Origin: Acidimicrobiia bacterium
GTDB lineage: Bacteria > Actinomycetota > Acidimicrobiia > IMCC26256 > JAOSJM01
Direction of reading: 5' to 3'
Assembly: GCA_027494165.1 (NCBI GenBank)
Contig: JAOSJM010000005.1
Coordinates: forward strand, 1,452,461 to 1,516,460
Length of the DNA: 64,000 nucleotides
Shown: one piece after another, positions 50,031-60,768 of the stretch
How the letters are laid out: each line of letters begins with the position of its first letter
Position numbering within the stretch: the first letter of the stretch is position 1
Made by a program: the position numbers and the translations under genes
Notes under the pieces: model-generated
Database searches by the model: none
Told to the model about the DNA's origin: nothing
What the model saw: only the letters and a program-made list of their open reading frames with translations

Positions 50031-50900
50031 ATGCACCTGCCCGACGGGATCCTCTCCGGCCACGCCGAGGCCGCCGCCGGCGTCGTCGCCGTCGGGGGTG
50101 TGGCCGCCGCGGCGAAGGTGGCGGCGAGGCAGCTCCCCGGGATCCGGCCGGGCCGGGTGGCCGCGGTGACCGCGGCGGTCTTCGCGGGGCAGATGCTGAA
50201 CTTCCCCGTGGCCCAGGGCACGAGCGGCCACCTCCTCGGTGCAGCCCTGGCGGTGGCGCTCCTCGGGCCGGCCCTCGGCGTGCTCTCGGTGACCGCCGTG
50301 ATCGTGGTCCAGGCCCTCGCCTTCGCCGACGGCGGCACGTCCTCGCTCGGCCTCAACGTCGTGAACATGGCGCTCGTGCCGGGCGTGGCGGCGTGGCTCG
50401 TCCTGCGTCGCGGGGGCCGGGTCGAGCTCGCGGCGCTGCTGTCGGTGCTCGCCGCGGCGCTGGCCTTCTCCGCCGAGCACGCGCTCGCCGGCCTCGGGAC
50501 GGCCGACCCGTCCGCCGTCGCCGGGCACATGCTCCTCGTCCACCTCGCCATCGGCGCCGGGGAGGTCGTCCTCACGGTGGCCGGGGTGGCGCTGGCTCGC
50601 CGGCTCCGCCCGGTGGCCCTCGGCGTCGCCGCGCTCGCCGCCGGCGTGCTCGTCGCCCCGTGGGCGAGCGCCAGCCCCGACGGGCTCGAGCGGGTGGCGC
50701 TCGACCGGGGCCTCGCCTCCCTGGCCCGGACCCCCGTGCTCGAGAGCCTCCCGCTCGCCGGGTACGAGCTCGACGGCGTGGCCAGCCCGGTCGTGTCCGT
50801 GGCCCTCGCCGCCGCGGCCGGCGTGCTGCTCGTCGGGGCGCTCGTCGCGGTCGTCGAGCGGACCGCCCGCCTGCGCCTGGCCCGGGCCCGTCACCCCTGA
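50031..50900 (+). CDS. cbiM: CbiM-family metal (Co/Ni) ECF transporter substrate-capture component fused to a C-terminal PDGLE domain
   Basis: RBS GGGAGG precedes ATG 50031. N-terminus MHLPDGILSG (CbiM signature). Multi-TM. The C-terminal part contains ...ASPDGLERVALDRGL... (PDGLE). Confidence 0.75.
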   Translation: MHLPDGILSGHAEAAAGVVAVGGVAAAAKVAARQLPGIRPGRVAAVTAAVFAGQMLNFPVAQGTSGHLLGAALAVALLGPALGVLSVTAVIVVQALAFADGGTSSLGLNVVNMALVPGVAAWLVLRRGGRVELAALLSVLAAALAFSAEHALAGLGTADPSAVAGHMLLVHLAIGAGEVVLTVAGVALARRLRPVALGVAALAAGVLVAPWASASPDGLERVALDRGLASLARTPVLESLPLAGYELDGVASPVVSVALAAAAGVLLVGALVAVVERTARLRLARARHP

Positions 50901-51096
50901 CCGGCTCCGCCGCGCGCCGCGCGCCGGGCGACGGCGGCGCGGCGAGGGCACGACCCCGCCCCACGCGGCCCCTCCGCGGTGCCCAGCCGTTAGCGTGGGG
51001 TGGATCGCCCATGACGACCGCTCGTAGCCCGGGCCGGCGCCGGGTGGACCACCCGGGGAGTCGGCGCACGGCTCCCTCGGGGTCTCGAACCGGGAC

Positions 51097-52515
51097 GTGC
51101 GCCGCCCCGCACGGGTGCCCGCCCGAAGGGTCGCGGTGACCCCCGGCCCGGCTCGCCGCCTCCGCCGGTGGGTCGCGGGTGCCGCGGCGCTGCTCGGGCT
51201 CGTCGCGCTCGCCGGTGGACCGCGAGCCGGGGCCCAGGAGGACGCGCCCCGCGTCCTCGTCAGCCGGGTCGCCGACGCGATCACGCCGGTCGTCTCCGAC
51301 CACCTCCGGGACGGCGTCGCCCGGGCCGAGCGTGACGGCTACGACGCCTTCGTCGTGGAGCTCGACACGCCGGGCGGCCTGGACACGTCGATGCGGGAGA
51401 TCGTGCAGCGCTTCCTCGGTGCCGACGTCCCCGTGATCGTCTACGTGAGCCCGCGGGGAGCCCGGGCGGCCTCGGCCGGCGCCGTCATCACGTTCGCGGC
51501 GCACGTGGCGGCGATGGCCCCGGGCACGAACATCGGTGCGGCCACCCCCGTCTCGCTGGAGGGTGGCGAGGTGTCGGGCAAGGTCGTGAACGACGCCGCG
51601 GCGTACGTCGAGGCGGTCGCGGAGGTCCGGGGTCGCAACCCCGACTTCGCCGTGGACACCGTGCGCGACGGCCGCTCGGCCGGCGTCGAGGAGGCCGTGG
51701 AGATCGGTGCCGTCGACCTCGAGGCCCGCTCGCTGGCCGAGCTGCTCGAGCTGGTCGACGGCGACCCCGTCGAGCTGGCGTCGGGTGCCGTGGAGAGGCT
51801 CCGCACGGCGGGCGCCGCCGTCGACCGCTACGAGCTCGGGCTGTTCCGCGAGATCCTCCAGTTCCTCGCCGACCCCAACGTGATCTTCCTCCTGCTCTCC
51901 CTCGGGACGCTGGGGCTGATCTACGAGCTGGCCACCCCGGGTGTCGGCTTCGGCGGCGTCACCGGGGTCATCCTGCTGGTCCTGGCCCTGTTCGGGCTGT
52001 CGGTCCTGCCGGTGCGGGCCGTCGGGGTCGTCTTCCTCGTCCTCGCGGCGGCGCTCTTCGTGGCCGAGGTCGTCGCCCCCGGGTTCGCCGGCTTCGCGGC
52101 CGGCGGGGCCGCGCTCCTCGTCGTCAGCGCCCTCTTCCTGTTCGAGGAGACGCCCGGTCTCAGCGTCAGCCTGGCCATGGTGCTCCCCGTCGCGATCGTC
52201 GTCGGCGGAGCGGTCGTGGTGGCGGGCCGCCTGGCGCTCCGGTCCCGGCGGGCTCCGCCGTCCAGCGGATCCGACGCGCTCCGGGGCCGGGTCGCGGTCG
52301 TCCGCCGCGACGACCGGGCCGGTGCCCAGGTCTTCCTGGACGGGGCCTGGTGGAAGGTCCGGGCCGAGGGGGCGGCCGGGGAACCCGAGGACGGCCGCAG
52401 GATCCGGGTCGTGGGCGTCGACGGCCTCGTGCTCCTGGTGGAGCCGGCCCCGGACGAGGCGACCGCGGCGGGGACGCCGCCGCCGTCACGAGACCACGGA
52501 GGTGCTCATGAGTGA
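51097..52515 (+). CDS. NfeD-family membrane-bound ClpP-class serine protease
   Basis: Signal peptide, periplasmic ClpP-like domain ([18 protein letters not shown]), a TM bundle and a C-terminal OB-fold. Confidence 0.8.
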   Translation: MRRPARVPARRVAVTPGPARRLRRWVAGAAALLGLVALAGGPRAGAQEDAPRVLVSRVADAITPVVSDHLRDGVARAERDGYDAFVVELDTPGGLDTSMREIVQRFLGADVPVIVYVSPRGARAASAGAVITFAAHVAAMAPGTNIGAATPVSLEGGEVSGKVVNDAAAYVEAVAEVRGRNPDFAVDTVRDGRSAGVEEAVEIGAVDLEARSLAELLELVDGDPVELASGAVERLRTAGAAVDRYELGLFREILQFLADPNVIFLLLSLGTLGLIYELATPGVGFGGVTGVILLVLALFGLSVLPVRAVGVVFLVLAAALFVAEVVAPGFAGFAAGGAALLVVSALFLFEETPGLSVSLAMVLPVAIVVGGAVVVAGRLALRSRRAPPSSGSDALRGRVAVVRRDDRAGAQVFLDGAWWKVRAEGAAGEPEDGRRIRVVGVDGLVLLVEPAPDEATAAGTPPPSRDHGGAHE

Positions 52516-53278
52516 TGCTCTGCTGATCGGGCTCGCGGTGGCCGCGGGCGTCGCGCTCCTGCTCCTGGCGTCGGCGGTGCGCATCGTCAAGGAGTACGAG
52601 CGCGGGGTGATCTTCCGCCTGGGCCGGGTGATCGGGGCGAAGGGCCCCGGCCTGTTCTTCATCATCCCGATCATCGACCGGATGGTGAAGGTGAACCTGC
52701 AGACCGTGACGACCGACATCCCGCCCCAGGACATCATCACGAAGGACAACGTCACGGTGCGGGTCAACGGCGTCGCGTACTTCAACGTCGTGGACCCGGT
52801 GCGAGCCGTCGTGGCCATCCAGGACTACCGGTACGGGACGTCGCAGGTCTCCCAGACGACGCTGCGGAGCATCCTCGGCCAGGTCCAGCTCGACGAGCTC
52901 CTCGTGAACCGGGACGAGATCAACCGGCAGCTCCAGCAGATCATCGACGACGTCACCGACCCATGGGGTGTGAAGGTGACCCTCGTCGAGGTGAAGGACG
53001 TCGAGCTGCCGGACTCGATGCGCCGGGCCATGGCTCGTCAGGCCGAGGCCGAGCGCGACCGGAGGGCCAAGGTCATCCACGCCCTCGGCGAGCGGGAGGC
53101 GGCCGAGGCTCTCGGGGACGCGGCCGCGGTCCTCGAGACCCACCCGGGGGCGATGCAGCTCCGGGTGCTGTCGACGATGGTCGACGTGGCCGCCGAGCGG
53201 AACTCGACGCTCGTCTTCCCCGTGCCGGTCGAGCTGCTGCGGATGGCCGACGCCCTCACCGGGGAGCGCCGGGCCTGA
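52508..53278 (+). CDS. SPFH/band-7 (stomatin-like) protein
   Basis: [41 protein letters not shown]... matches the classic band-7 domain. It follows NfeD with an ATGA start/stop overlap. Confidence 0.88.
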   Translation: MSDALLIGLAVAAGVALLLLASAVRIVKEYERGVIFRLGRVIGAKGPGLFFIIPIIDRMVKVNLQTVTTDIPPQDIITKDNVTVRVNGVAYFNVVDPVRAVVAIQDYRYGTSQVSQTTLRSILGQVQLDELLVNRDEINRQLQQIIDDVTDPWGVKVTLVEVKDVELPDSMRRAMARQAEAERDRRAKVIHALGEREAAEALGDAAAVLETHPGAMQLRVLSTMVDVAAERNSTLVFPVPVELLRMADALTGERRA

Positions 53279-53331
53279 GCGACGGAGGCGGGGGCGCCTA
53301 GGCTGGCCCGCGCCGACGGAAGGGGTCATCG

Positions 53332-54570
53332 ATGCCGCACGAGCGGCCGGCGAGCTTCCCGTACCCGGTGGTCGATCTGGACAGCCACGTCTACGAGCAG
53401 CCGGAGATCTTCACCGGGTACCTGGACGAGCGCTGGAGGGAGCCCGTCACGATCGTCCTCGGCGAGCTGTACCCGGCGACCCTCGGGGCGCTCGCCCGCG
53501 GGCGCACCCCCGCCATGACGGCCCTCCGGGGCGCCAAGTACCGGATGGGCCTCGACGCCGCCGAGAGCTGGCCGTTGAACCTCGAGGACCGTGACTACGT
53601 CTATCCCGGCGCCTTCGATCCGCACGAGCGCCTGGCGAGCATGGACGCCGAGGGCATCGACGTGACGATCGTGCGCAACACGCTGATGGCCGGCGTCACG
53701 AGCCTGCCCGACCCGGCCATGGTCGATGCCCTGTGCCGGGCGTACAACGACTGGGTCGGCGACTTCTGCGCCGCGGACCCGCGGCGGCTGGTCCCCGAGG
53801 CGCTGCTTCCGACCGCGGACCCGGACCGGGCCGTCGCGGAGCTGGAGCGGACCGCCGCGAAGGGCTTCCGGGGCGTGATCGTGGCGGGCTCGACCCCCGG
53901 CCCGCCGCTCTCCGATCCCCACTGGGAGCCGTTGTTCGCCCGGATGCAGGAGATGGGCTGGCCGCTCTGCGTCCACGCCGCGCTCAACAACTATCTCAAC
54001 AGCGCGTGCCAGTGGCTGGCCGACGAGAAGATCGAGCACCCGGTATCCGGGCCGGCCTTCTACTCGATCCACGTCAACCTCGACTTCGTGATCGACAACC
54101 TGGTCACCCTCGGCGAGATCACGCTGGGAGGGATGGCCGATCGGTTCCCTGACCTGAACGTCTACTTCGTCGAGGGTGGGCACTCCTGGGTCGGCGAGGT
54201 GCTCTACCGGCTCGACAAGGGCTTCCACTGCCCGCCGGTCGAGCACTTCCGCGACTACGAACCCCGGGCCACGACGCCGCCGAGCGAGATCTTCGAGCGG
54301 CAGGTGTTCGTCGCCTTCGAGGGAGGCGACCGCCTGTACCTGTCCCCCCAGGTCTTCGACCGGCTGGCCCGGAACCTGGTCTGGACCTCCGACATCCCCC
54401 ACTGGGACGCGGACGGCCCCTGGGAGGCCGTCGGTGCCCTCCGCGCGCTGGGGGCCTCCGAGGCGGCCGAGCGGGCCGTCATGGGTGGGAACGCGGCCCG
54501 CCTGCTCGGCGTCCCGCACGAGAAGCGGGTGGGGACCAGCCCGGCGTCGCCGGCGGCCGGGCGCTCCTGA
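53332..54570 (+). CDS. amidohydrolase-2 family metal-dependent hydrolase/decarboxylase
   Basis: TIM-barrel metal ligands are present (VVDLDSHVYE...HAALNNY...VYFVEGGHSW...DIPHWD), typical of PF04909. Confidence 0.75.
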   Translation: MPHERPASFPYPVVDLDSHVYEQPEIFTGYLDERWREPVTIVLGELYPATLGALARGRTPAMTALRGAKYRMGLDAAESWPLNLEDRDYVYPGAFDPHERLASMDAEGIDVTIVRNTLMAGVTSLPDPAMVDALCRAYNDWVGDFCAADPRRLVPEALLPTADPDRAVAELERTAAKGFRGVIVAGSTPGPPLSDPHWEPLFARMQEMGWPLCVHAALNNYLNSACQWLADEKIEHPVSGPAFYSIHVNLDFVIDNLVTLGEITLGGMADRFPDLNVYFVEGGHSWVGEVLYRLDKGFHCPPVEHFRDYEPRATTPPSEIFERQVFVAFEGGDRLYLSPQVFDRLARNLVWTSDIPHWDADGPWEAVGALRALGASEAAERAVMGGNAARLLGVPHEKRVGTSPASPAAGRS

Positions 54571-54620
54571 CCGCCGGTCCGGGATCGACGCCGTGGGCGG
54601 TCGTCCCGACGCGGTGACCG

Positions 54621-56118
54621 TCAGGACGTGGCGAGGTCCGCCCGCAGGACCCTCCGCAGGAGCTTGCCGGTCTCGGTGTAGGGGAGCTCGGAGACGAACA
54701 CGATGCGCTCCGGCGTGCGCGACGACCGGAGGTGGTCGCGCACCCAGGCCCGCAGGTCGTCCTCACCGGGAGCCTGCCCGTCCGCCGGCACGACCGCGGC
54801 GACGACCTTCTCGCCCCACTCGGTGTCGGGGAGGCCGACGACCCCCGCCTCGGCCACGCCGGGGTGGCGCAGCAGGACCTCCTCGATCTCCCCGGGGGCC
54901 ATGTTCTCGCCCCCGCGCACGATCACGTCGTCGAGGCGTCCCTCGACGAACAGGTAGCCCTCGGCGTCGAGGTAGCCGCTGTCGTGGGTGGGGAACCACC
55001 CGTCCTCCCGGGTGGCCTGCCGGCCCAGGTACTCGCCCGACACCTGCTCCCCGCGCACCCAGACCTCGCCGCGCTCCCCGTCGGCCACCGGCCGGCCCGC
55101 GGGGTCGCGGATCTCGAGCTCGAGGGTCGGGAGGGGCCGCCCGACGGAGCCGAGGCGGCTCCGCACGGCGGGGTCGTCGCCCGCCATGGCCGCGCGGTGG
55201 TCCTCGGGGCCGAGGACGGAGATCGTCGAGCTGGTCTCGGTGAGGCCGTAGGCGTTGACGAAGTCGACGTGGGGAAGGGCCTGCAGGGCCCGCTCGATGA
55301 TCGGGACGGGCATGCGCCCACCCCCGTAGGAGAGCAGGCGGAGGTCCGGCAACGCCTCCCCCGCCTCCTCGACGACGTCGAGGATCCGCTGGAGCATGGT
55401 GGGGACCAACATCGCGTGGGTCACGCCCTCGTCGCGGGCGAGGCGGACCCAGGACTCGGGGTCGAACGACGCGAGCTGGATCATCCTCCGCCCGGAGTAC
55501 GCCGAGGTGAGCACGGCGGAGATCCCCGCCACGTGGTACGGCGGGACGCTCACGAGCGCCGCGTCGTCCTCCGACGAGCCCATGAACTCGACGGTCGTGA
55601 TGACGTAGGAGACGAGGTGACGGTGCCGGAGGACCGCGGCCTTCGGCTCCCCCGTGGTGCCGCTCGTGAAGAGCAGCACCGCGATCGCGTCCGGGTCGCC
55701 GGTCCAGCCTTCGGGGGAAGGTGCGCCCTCGTCGCAGGCGCGGGCGAGCAGCTCGTCGCGGGTGACGAGCTCGATCCCGTCGACCGTGCCCACCCGCTCG
55801 ACCACCGGCGCGTCGACGACGACGACGGCCGGCGCGATCCGGGCCAGCAGGGCGCGGAGCTGCTCGTCGGGGGAGCCGGTAGTTGAGCGGGACGAACGGC
55901 GTGCCGGCCATCGAGCTGGCGAAGAGGGCGATGGGGAGCGCCTCGGAGTTGAGGTCGACGAAGCCGACGTTCTCGACGCCCTTGCCGTCGAGCCAGGAGG
56001 CGACACGGCGGGACCGCTCGAGGAGGCTCGCGTAGGACAGGCCACCCGAGCGGGAACCGACGGCGATCCTCTCGCCGAGGCCGTCGGCGGCCATCTCGAG
56101 CAGCATCGCGACGTTCAT
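54621..56118 (-). CDS. AMP-dependent acyl-CoA synthetase (FadD-like), apparent frameshift near 55869-55873
   Basis: The N-terminal ~85 aa (MNVAMLLEMAADGLGERIAVG...FVPLNYRL) are in the frame of ORF 54763-56118. The rest (TSGTTGEPK, GYGLTET, GKLLRR) is in ORF 54621-56045. Trimming the G5 run to G4 restores NYRLPDEQLRALLAR. Confidence 0.8.
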
Positions 56119-56130
56119 GGTGGCGCCCCC

Positions 56131-56586
56131 TCAGTCCGAGGACGGCAGCGGCTTGGCCTCCTTGAGGCCGAGCGGCACCTCCCCAACCGAGAGCGAGCCC
56201 TTCCCGGCCTTGGTGCACAGCAGCTCGAGGCCGAGCTCCTCGTCGGCGTAGCGCTTGCCGAGGAGGGTGCCCTCGCCGTGCGCGGGATCCAGTCCGGCGT
56301 CCACCGGCGGCTCCGAGCCGTGGGGGATCATCGGCTGCCCGCCGCACCTCAGGTCGAGATCGCTCGCCGGTGCCCGCACGACGATGACCTCGGTGTCGCA
56401 CACCGCGCTGCGAAGTCGCGTTCCCGCCTTGACCTCCAACGCCACCACCCCTTCCTCCCTCGTCGCTTCGTCGGACCCCACACCGGTCGATCGGCTCACC
56501 TGCCCGTCGGGCGCACCAGAACTCCCCGACGAAGAGACCAGCCTCGATCCCCTTCTGGGGTACGGGGGTCGATCGGAAAGGGCCAC
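56131..56586 (-). CDS. hypothetical protein (possibly shorter, ~105 aa from internal GTG)
   Basis: 151-aa ORF with a conserved-looking C-terminal part (...CDTEVIVVRAPASDLDLRCGGQPMIPHG...GKRYADEELGLELLCTKAGKGSLSVGEVPLGLKEAKPL). Confidence 0.3.
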   Translation of the reverse strand: MALSDRPPYPRRGSRLVSSSGSSGAPDGQVSRSTGVGSDEATREEGVVALEVKAGTRLRSAVCDTEVIVVRAPASDLDLRCGGQPMIPHGSEPPVDAGLDPAHGEGTLLGKRYADEELGLELLCTKAGKGSLSVGEVPLGLKEAKPLPSSD

Positions 56587-56646
56587 GCTACCGCGCCGGT
56601 CGGACCGGGACCGCTTGGGGCCGACGCCCCGAGAGGGCTCGCGGTC

Positions 56647-57057
56647 TCAGGTCGTCTCGGTGGGGATGGGCTGGGGCACCGTGGGAAGGATCACCCGTTC
56701 GAAGACCTCGTTGGCCTCGTCGGGGTCGAAGTCCTGGCCCTTGATCTTCCTGACCTCATGGTTCTGGAGCTCGTGGGCCACGGTCGGCTCGATGCCGTGG
56801 CGGGCCAGGGCGTGCTGGACGCAGGTGAGGGCGCAGCCGTCGATGGCGATGATGGGACGCCCGGTCTCGGCCGCCTTCCTGGCCACCTTCACCAGGGAGG
56901 GCACGTCGCCGCCCACCCCGGCGATGCAGGACATCTCGGCGAGGCCGCGGCGGTCGAGGGCGATGGCGAAGTGGTTCGACATCTGGGCCGAGCTCGAGCA
57001 TCCCGAGCACGAGTAGACGAGGGGGAGCGAGGACTTGTCGGTCACGGCTGTTCTCCT
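56647..57057 (-). CDS. DGC-domain putative zinc-binding protein
   Basis: RBS GAGGAG precedes a GTG start. Motifs VYSCSGCSS and the eponymous IIAIDGCALTC. Confidence 0.65.
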   Translation of the reverse strand, partial: RRTAVTDKSSLPLVYSCSGCSSSAQMSNHFAIALDRRGLAEMSCIAGVGGDVPSLVKVARKAAETGRPIIAIDGCALTCVQHALARHGIEPTVAHELQNHEVRKIKGQDFDPDEANEVFERVILPTVPQPIPTETT

Positions 57058-57149
57058 CGGCGGGCAGGCCCGTGGCGTGAGCCATCCGGAAGTAGTTCCC
57101 GTAATCATATCGGTAAGCCCGACGAGTGTCAACGGTCACACCCAGGGCC

Positions 57150-58799
57150 TCACGAAGAGCAGTCGGGCCCCTCGATCCGGGCACGCTCGCGCAGCTCGTA
57201 CCTGAGGACCTTGCCGGTGGCGTTGAGGGGGAAGGAATCGACGACCTCGATCCGGCGGGGGACCTTGAAGTTGGCCATCCGCTCCCGACACCAGGCGATC
57301 ACCTCGCCGGGGTCGACGGTCTGGCCGGGCCGGGTGATCACGAAGGCGATCCCCACCTCGCCGAGCCGTCCGTCGGGGATCCCGACGACAGCAGCCTGAG
57401 CGATCGCGGGGTGGGTCAGGAGGGCGTTCTCGATCTCGGCCGGATAGGCGTTGAAGCCGCCGACGATGAACATGTCCTTGAGGCGGTCGGTGATCCGGAC
57501 GTTCCCCTGTTCGTCCATGACCGCGATGTCGCCGGTGTGCAGCCAGCCGTCGTGGTCGATCGCCGCCGCGGTCCCCTCGGGGTCCTCGAAGTACCCGGTC
57601 ATGACGTTGTACCCGCGGACCACGAGCTCGCCCGGCTCTCCCCGGGGGACCTCCTGGTTCGAGTCGTCGACGATCCGGATCTCCGTGCCGGGGATCGCCC
57701 GCCCCGATGTCGTCGCGATGATCTCGGGGTCGTCGTCGGGGTACGACATCGTGGCGAGGCCGGTGGCCTCGGTGAGGCCGTACCCGGAGATGACGGTCTT
57801 GAAGGTGAGCTCGTTGCGCATCCGCTTGATCATCTCGACCGGTACTGCCGCGGCCCCGGTGACCCCGAGACGGAGGGACGACAGGTCGTGGTCCGACCGG
57901 TTCGGGTGGTTGAGGATCCCCAGGAAGAGGGTCGGGGGACCGGCGAGGACCGAGATCCGCTCCTCCTCCACCTTCCCGAGCAGCTCGTCCATGTCGAGGG
58001 TGGCCATGGGGACCGAGCAGGCCCCACGCATCATCGAGCAGAGCCACCCGGCCCGGTACCCGAAGTTGTGGAAGAACGGGTTGACGATGAGGTACCGGTC
58101 GCCCTCGGCGATCCCGATGATCCCGGTCCAGGAGTGGTACGTGCGCAGGGCCTGCTCGTGGTGGCAGACAACCCCCTTGGGGTGGCCCGTCGTGCCCGAC
58201 GTGTAGAGGATGTCGCAAGTGTCGCCGGGCTCCACCGCCCGGGCGCGCTCCTCGGCCTCCTCGGGGCTCACCGCGGTGCCCGCGGCGAGGAGGTCGGCCC
58301 AGCTCGTCGAGCCCTCCGCGGCATCGCCCCGGAGAACGACGATCCGCTCGAGCGACGGCACGTCCTCGCCGGAGCCGCGCAGGAGCGCCACGTAGTCGGT
58401 GTCGAGGAACCCGGTCACGGTGAAGAGCATGCGGGCCCGGCTCTTGTTCAGGATGTACGCGGCCTCCTGGCCCCGATACCGGGTGTTGACGGGGACGACG
58501 ACGCCGCCCGCCGACAGGATGCCCAAGGCGCACACGATCCACTCGTGGACGTTCGGCGCCCAGATGCCGACGCGCTCGCCGGGCGCCAGCCCGGCGGCGA
58601 TCATCGCTCGCGTCGCCTCCCGCGAGGCCTCGAGTACGTCGGTGAAGCTCAGTCGGGTGTCGCCGTCGGCGACGGCCTCGGCCCCGCCGTAGCGCTCGGC
58701 AGCGCTCCGGACCATCCTGGGGATCGTGCTCGCCTCGGGCTCGTCAACCACCGGATCCTCCTCGCTTCGTTCTCCGGCCACGCGTCCCGACCGCGTCAT
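57150..58799 (-). CDS. AMP-dependent acyl-CoA synthetase (fatty-acid--CoA ligase)
   Basis: ATG at 58797-58799 (MTRSGRVAGERSEEDP...). Motifs YTSGTTGHPKG, GYGLTEATG and GKVLRYELR are present. The start overlaps the upstream SDR stop (ATGA). Confidence 0.88.
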   Translation of the reverse strand: MTRSGRVAGERSEEDPVVDEPEASTIPRMVRSAAERYGGAEAVADGDTRLSFTDVLEASREATRAMIAAGLAPGERVGIWAPNVHEWIVCALGILSAGGVVVPVNTRYRGQEAAYILNKSRARMLFTVTGFLDTDYVALLRGSGEDVPSLERIVVLRGDAAEGSTSWADLLAAGTAVSPEEAEERARAVEPGDTCDILYTSGTTGHPKGVVCHHEQALRTYHSWTGIIGIAEGDRYLIVNPFFHNFGYRAGWLCSMMRGACSVPMATLDMDELLGKVEEERISVLAGPPTLFLGILNHPNRSDHDLSSLRLGVTGAAAVPVEMIKRMRNELTFKTVISGYGLTEATGLATMSYPDDDPEIIATTSGRAIPGTEIRIVDDSNQEVPRGEPGELVVRGYNVMTGYFEDPEGTAAAIDHDGWLHTGDIAVMDEQGNVRITDRLKDMFIVGGFNAYPAEIENALLTHPAIAQAAVVGIPDGRLGEVGIAFVITRPGQTVDPGEVIAWCRERMANFKVPRRIEVVDSFPLNATGKVLRYELRERARIEGPDCSS

Positions 58800-59689
58800 C
58801 TCCGCTCGTCGGGATCGAACGGGCCCTTCCCCATCTGCCGGCGCACGGTGACGACGGACGCCATCGTGAGGGTCCGCCGCTGCCAGTTGGCGCCGTCGAC
58901 GACCAGGGTGTGGCCGGAGATGAAACGGGCGTAGGGCGACGCCAGGAAGGTCGCCGCCCAGCCGAGCTCCCGAGGCCGTCCGGCGCGCATCGCGGGCTGC
59001 AGGGAATCCTTCTCGCTGCGGGTCCCCAGCGCACCCTGGATGTCGGTCGTCATGTCCTCGTGGGGGAAGAGGCCGGGAACCAGGCCGTTGACCTGGATCC
59101 CGTACGGGCCCCACTCCACGGCCAGGGTCTCGACGAGGTTCTTCACGCCGGCCTTGGCCGCGGCCGAATGCGCGAAGCCGGGCCCGCCGGTCCAGGCGTA
59201 CGACGCGCCGACGTTGACGATCGAGCCCGGCGTCCGCGCGGCGAGGTGGCGGCGGCCGAACTCCCGCGCGCAGAAGAACGTTCCGTTGAGCGTGATGTCC
59301 ACGACGGTGCGCCAAGCGTTCGGCGACATGTCCTCGGCGGGCACCGGGAAGTTGGCCGCCGCGTTGTTGACCAGCACGCCCGGGAGCCCGAGCGCCGCCT
59401 CGGCGGCGTCGAAGGCGGCCGCGACGTCGTCGGGCTGGCGGATGTCGCAGGTCACGGCCAGGGCACGTCGCCCCAGCTCGGCGATCGCGGCCCGGCCGGC
59501 TTCGACGTGCTCTTCCTTGCGGCTGGCGATCACCAGATCGGCTCCCAGACGGGCGAACTCGAGGGCGATCGCCTTCCCCAGGCCGGTGCCACCTCCGGTC
59601 ACGAGCACGCACATCCCGTCGAAGGTCCCCGCGGGCAGCGCGCTCTCCCCCAGGGGAGGCGCGTCGGGCAGACCGATGGGTTCGGTCAT
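58796..59689 (-). CDS. SDR-family oxidoreductase (2,4-dienoyl-CoA reductase-like)
   Basis: GMCVLVTGGGTGLGKAIA Rossmann motif, the NNAA segment, and YxxxK-like catalytic residues (SYAWTGGPGFAHSAAAKAG). Confidence 0.85.
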   Translation of the reverse strand: MTEPIGLPDAPPLGESALPAGTFDGMCVLVTGGGTGLGKAIALEFARLGADLVIASRKEEHVEAGRAAIAELGRRALAVTCDIRQPDDVAAAFDAAEAALGLPGVLVNNAAANFPVPAEDMSPNAWRTVVDITLNGTFFCAREFGRRHLAARTPGSIVNVGASYAWTGGPGFAHSAAAKAGVKNLVETLAVEWGPYGIQVNGLVPGLFPHEDMTTDIQGALGTRSEKDSLQPAMRAGRPRELGWAATFLASPYARFISGHTLVVDGANWQRRTLTMASVVTVRRQMGKGPFDPDERR

Positions 59690-59690
59690 C

Positions 59691-60469
59691 TCAGCTCCCC
59701 GTATAGCGCGGCTCGCGGTCCTCGGCCCGTGCGGCGCGGAACTCCGCGAAGTCGTCGGATTTGTTGACGAAGGTCTGGCCGATCATCTCGACGTTCATCG
59801 AGGCCCGGACCTCGGGCTCGCCGAGCTGCTGGATCACCCGGCGGGCCATCTTCACCGAGGCGAACGGGGCGGAGACGACCTGGCGGGCGATCTCCCACAC
59901 GGTGTCGTCGAGCGCCTCGGGCGCGACGAGCCGGGAGACGATCCCATGCTGGTAGGCCTCTTGGGCGTCCATCACCCGCCCCGTGAGCACGAGGTCACTC
60001 GTCACCCCGTGACCACACATCTGGAACAGCCGGCTCACGCCGCCCGTGTCGGGGATCACGCCGTGGGTGAGCTCGGGCAGCCGGAAGCGGGAGCCCTCGG
60101 CGGCGACCCGGATGTCGCAGAGCAGCGCTCGTTGGAACGAACCGCCCATCGCCCAGCCCTTGATCGCGACGATGATCGGCGCGTCGATCTCGAAGATGTG
60201 CTGGGTAGCCCGGTGACCCTGCAGCATCATCTCGTGATGGGTCCGGGGCATCGTGTGGCTGCCGATGGCGGAGACGTCTCGCCCCGAGGAGAACGACTTG
60301 CCTTCCCCCTCCAGATGACCGCCCGGATGTCCGAACGCCCCCGCAGCTCGTCGAAGATCTCGAACAACTGCTCGTCCATCTCCTCGTCGAACGCGTTGTG
60401 CTTGTCGGGGTTGTTGTTCGTGATCAAGGCGATCGGGCCGTCGCACTCGAAGAGCACCCGGTCGGTCAC
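59691..60469 (-). CDS. enoyl-CoA hydratase/isomerase (crotonase fold), apparent frameshift near 60300-60315
   Basis: The N-terminal 52 aa (MTDRVLFECDGPIALITNNNPDKHNAFDEEM..., ORF 60227-60469) continue as ...EGEGKSFSSGRDVSA...IKGWAMGGSFQRALLCDIRVAAE in ORF 59691-60446. Confidence 0.8.
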
Positions 60470-60524
60470 GTGGCGTCTCCCGGATCCGGCGCGACGGGGA
60501 AGCGCCCGACGCGCGACGAGACGA

Positions 60525-60630
60525 AGCTAACCGGAGTTGACGATTTCGTCAACTGTCGAGAAAAAATCACTTCCGGGATCCATGAGTCCGCGGAATGCGA
60601 AGCGAATCATTGACGATACCGTCAGGTCAT
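60525..60630. promoter_or_regulatory. two operator-like palindromes in the AT-richer divergent intergenic region between the enoyl-CoA hydratase and ligase genes
   Basis: Site 1 is TTGACGAtttCGTCAA (~60533-60552), a perfect 7-bp inverted repeat. Site 2 is TTGACGAtaccGTCAGG (~60610-60626). Local GC falls to about 50 % (GAGAAAAAATCAC). Confidence 0.45.
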
Positions 60631-60768
60631 CAGATGGAGGCGCGAAGACGCGGTGCGCGTTCCTCGCCCAGGAGATCCTGATGCTCCCGGTCCGCCAGGC
60701 CGGTGACGGATGAGTAGCGCGGAGCTCGGCTCCGGGGCGGCGCACCGCCTCGTTCCCGGCGCCAGCGC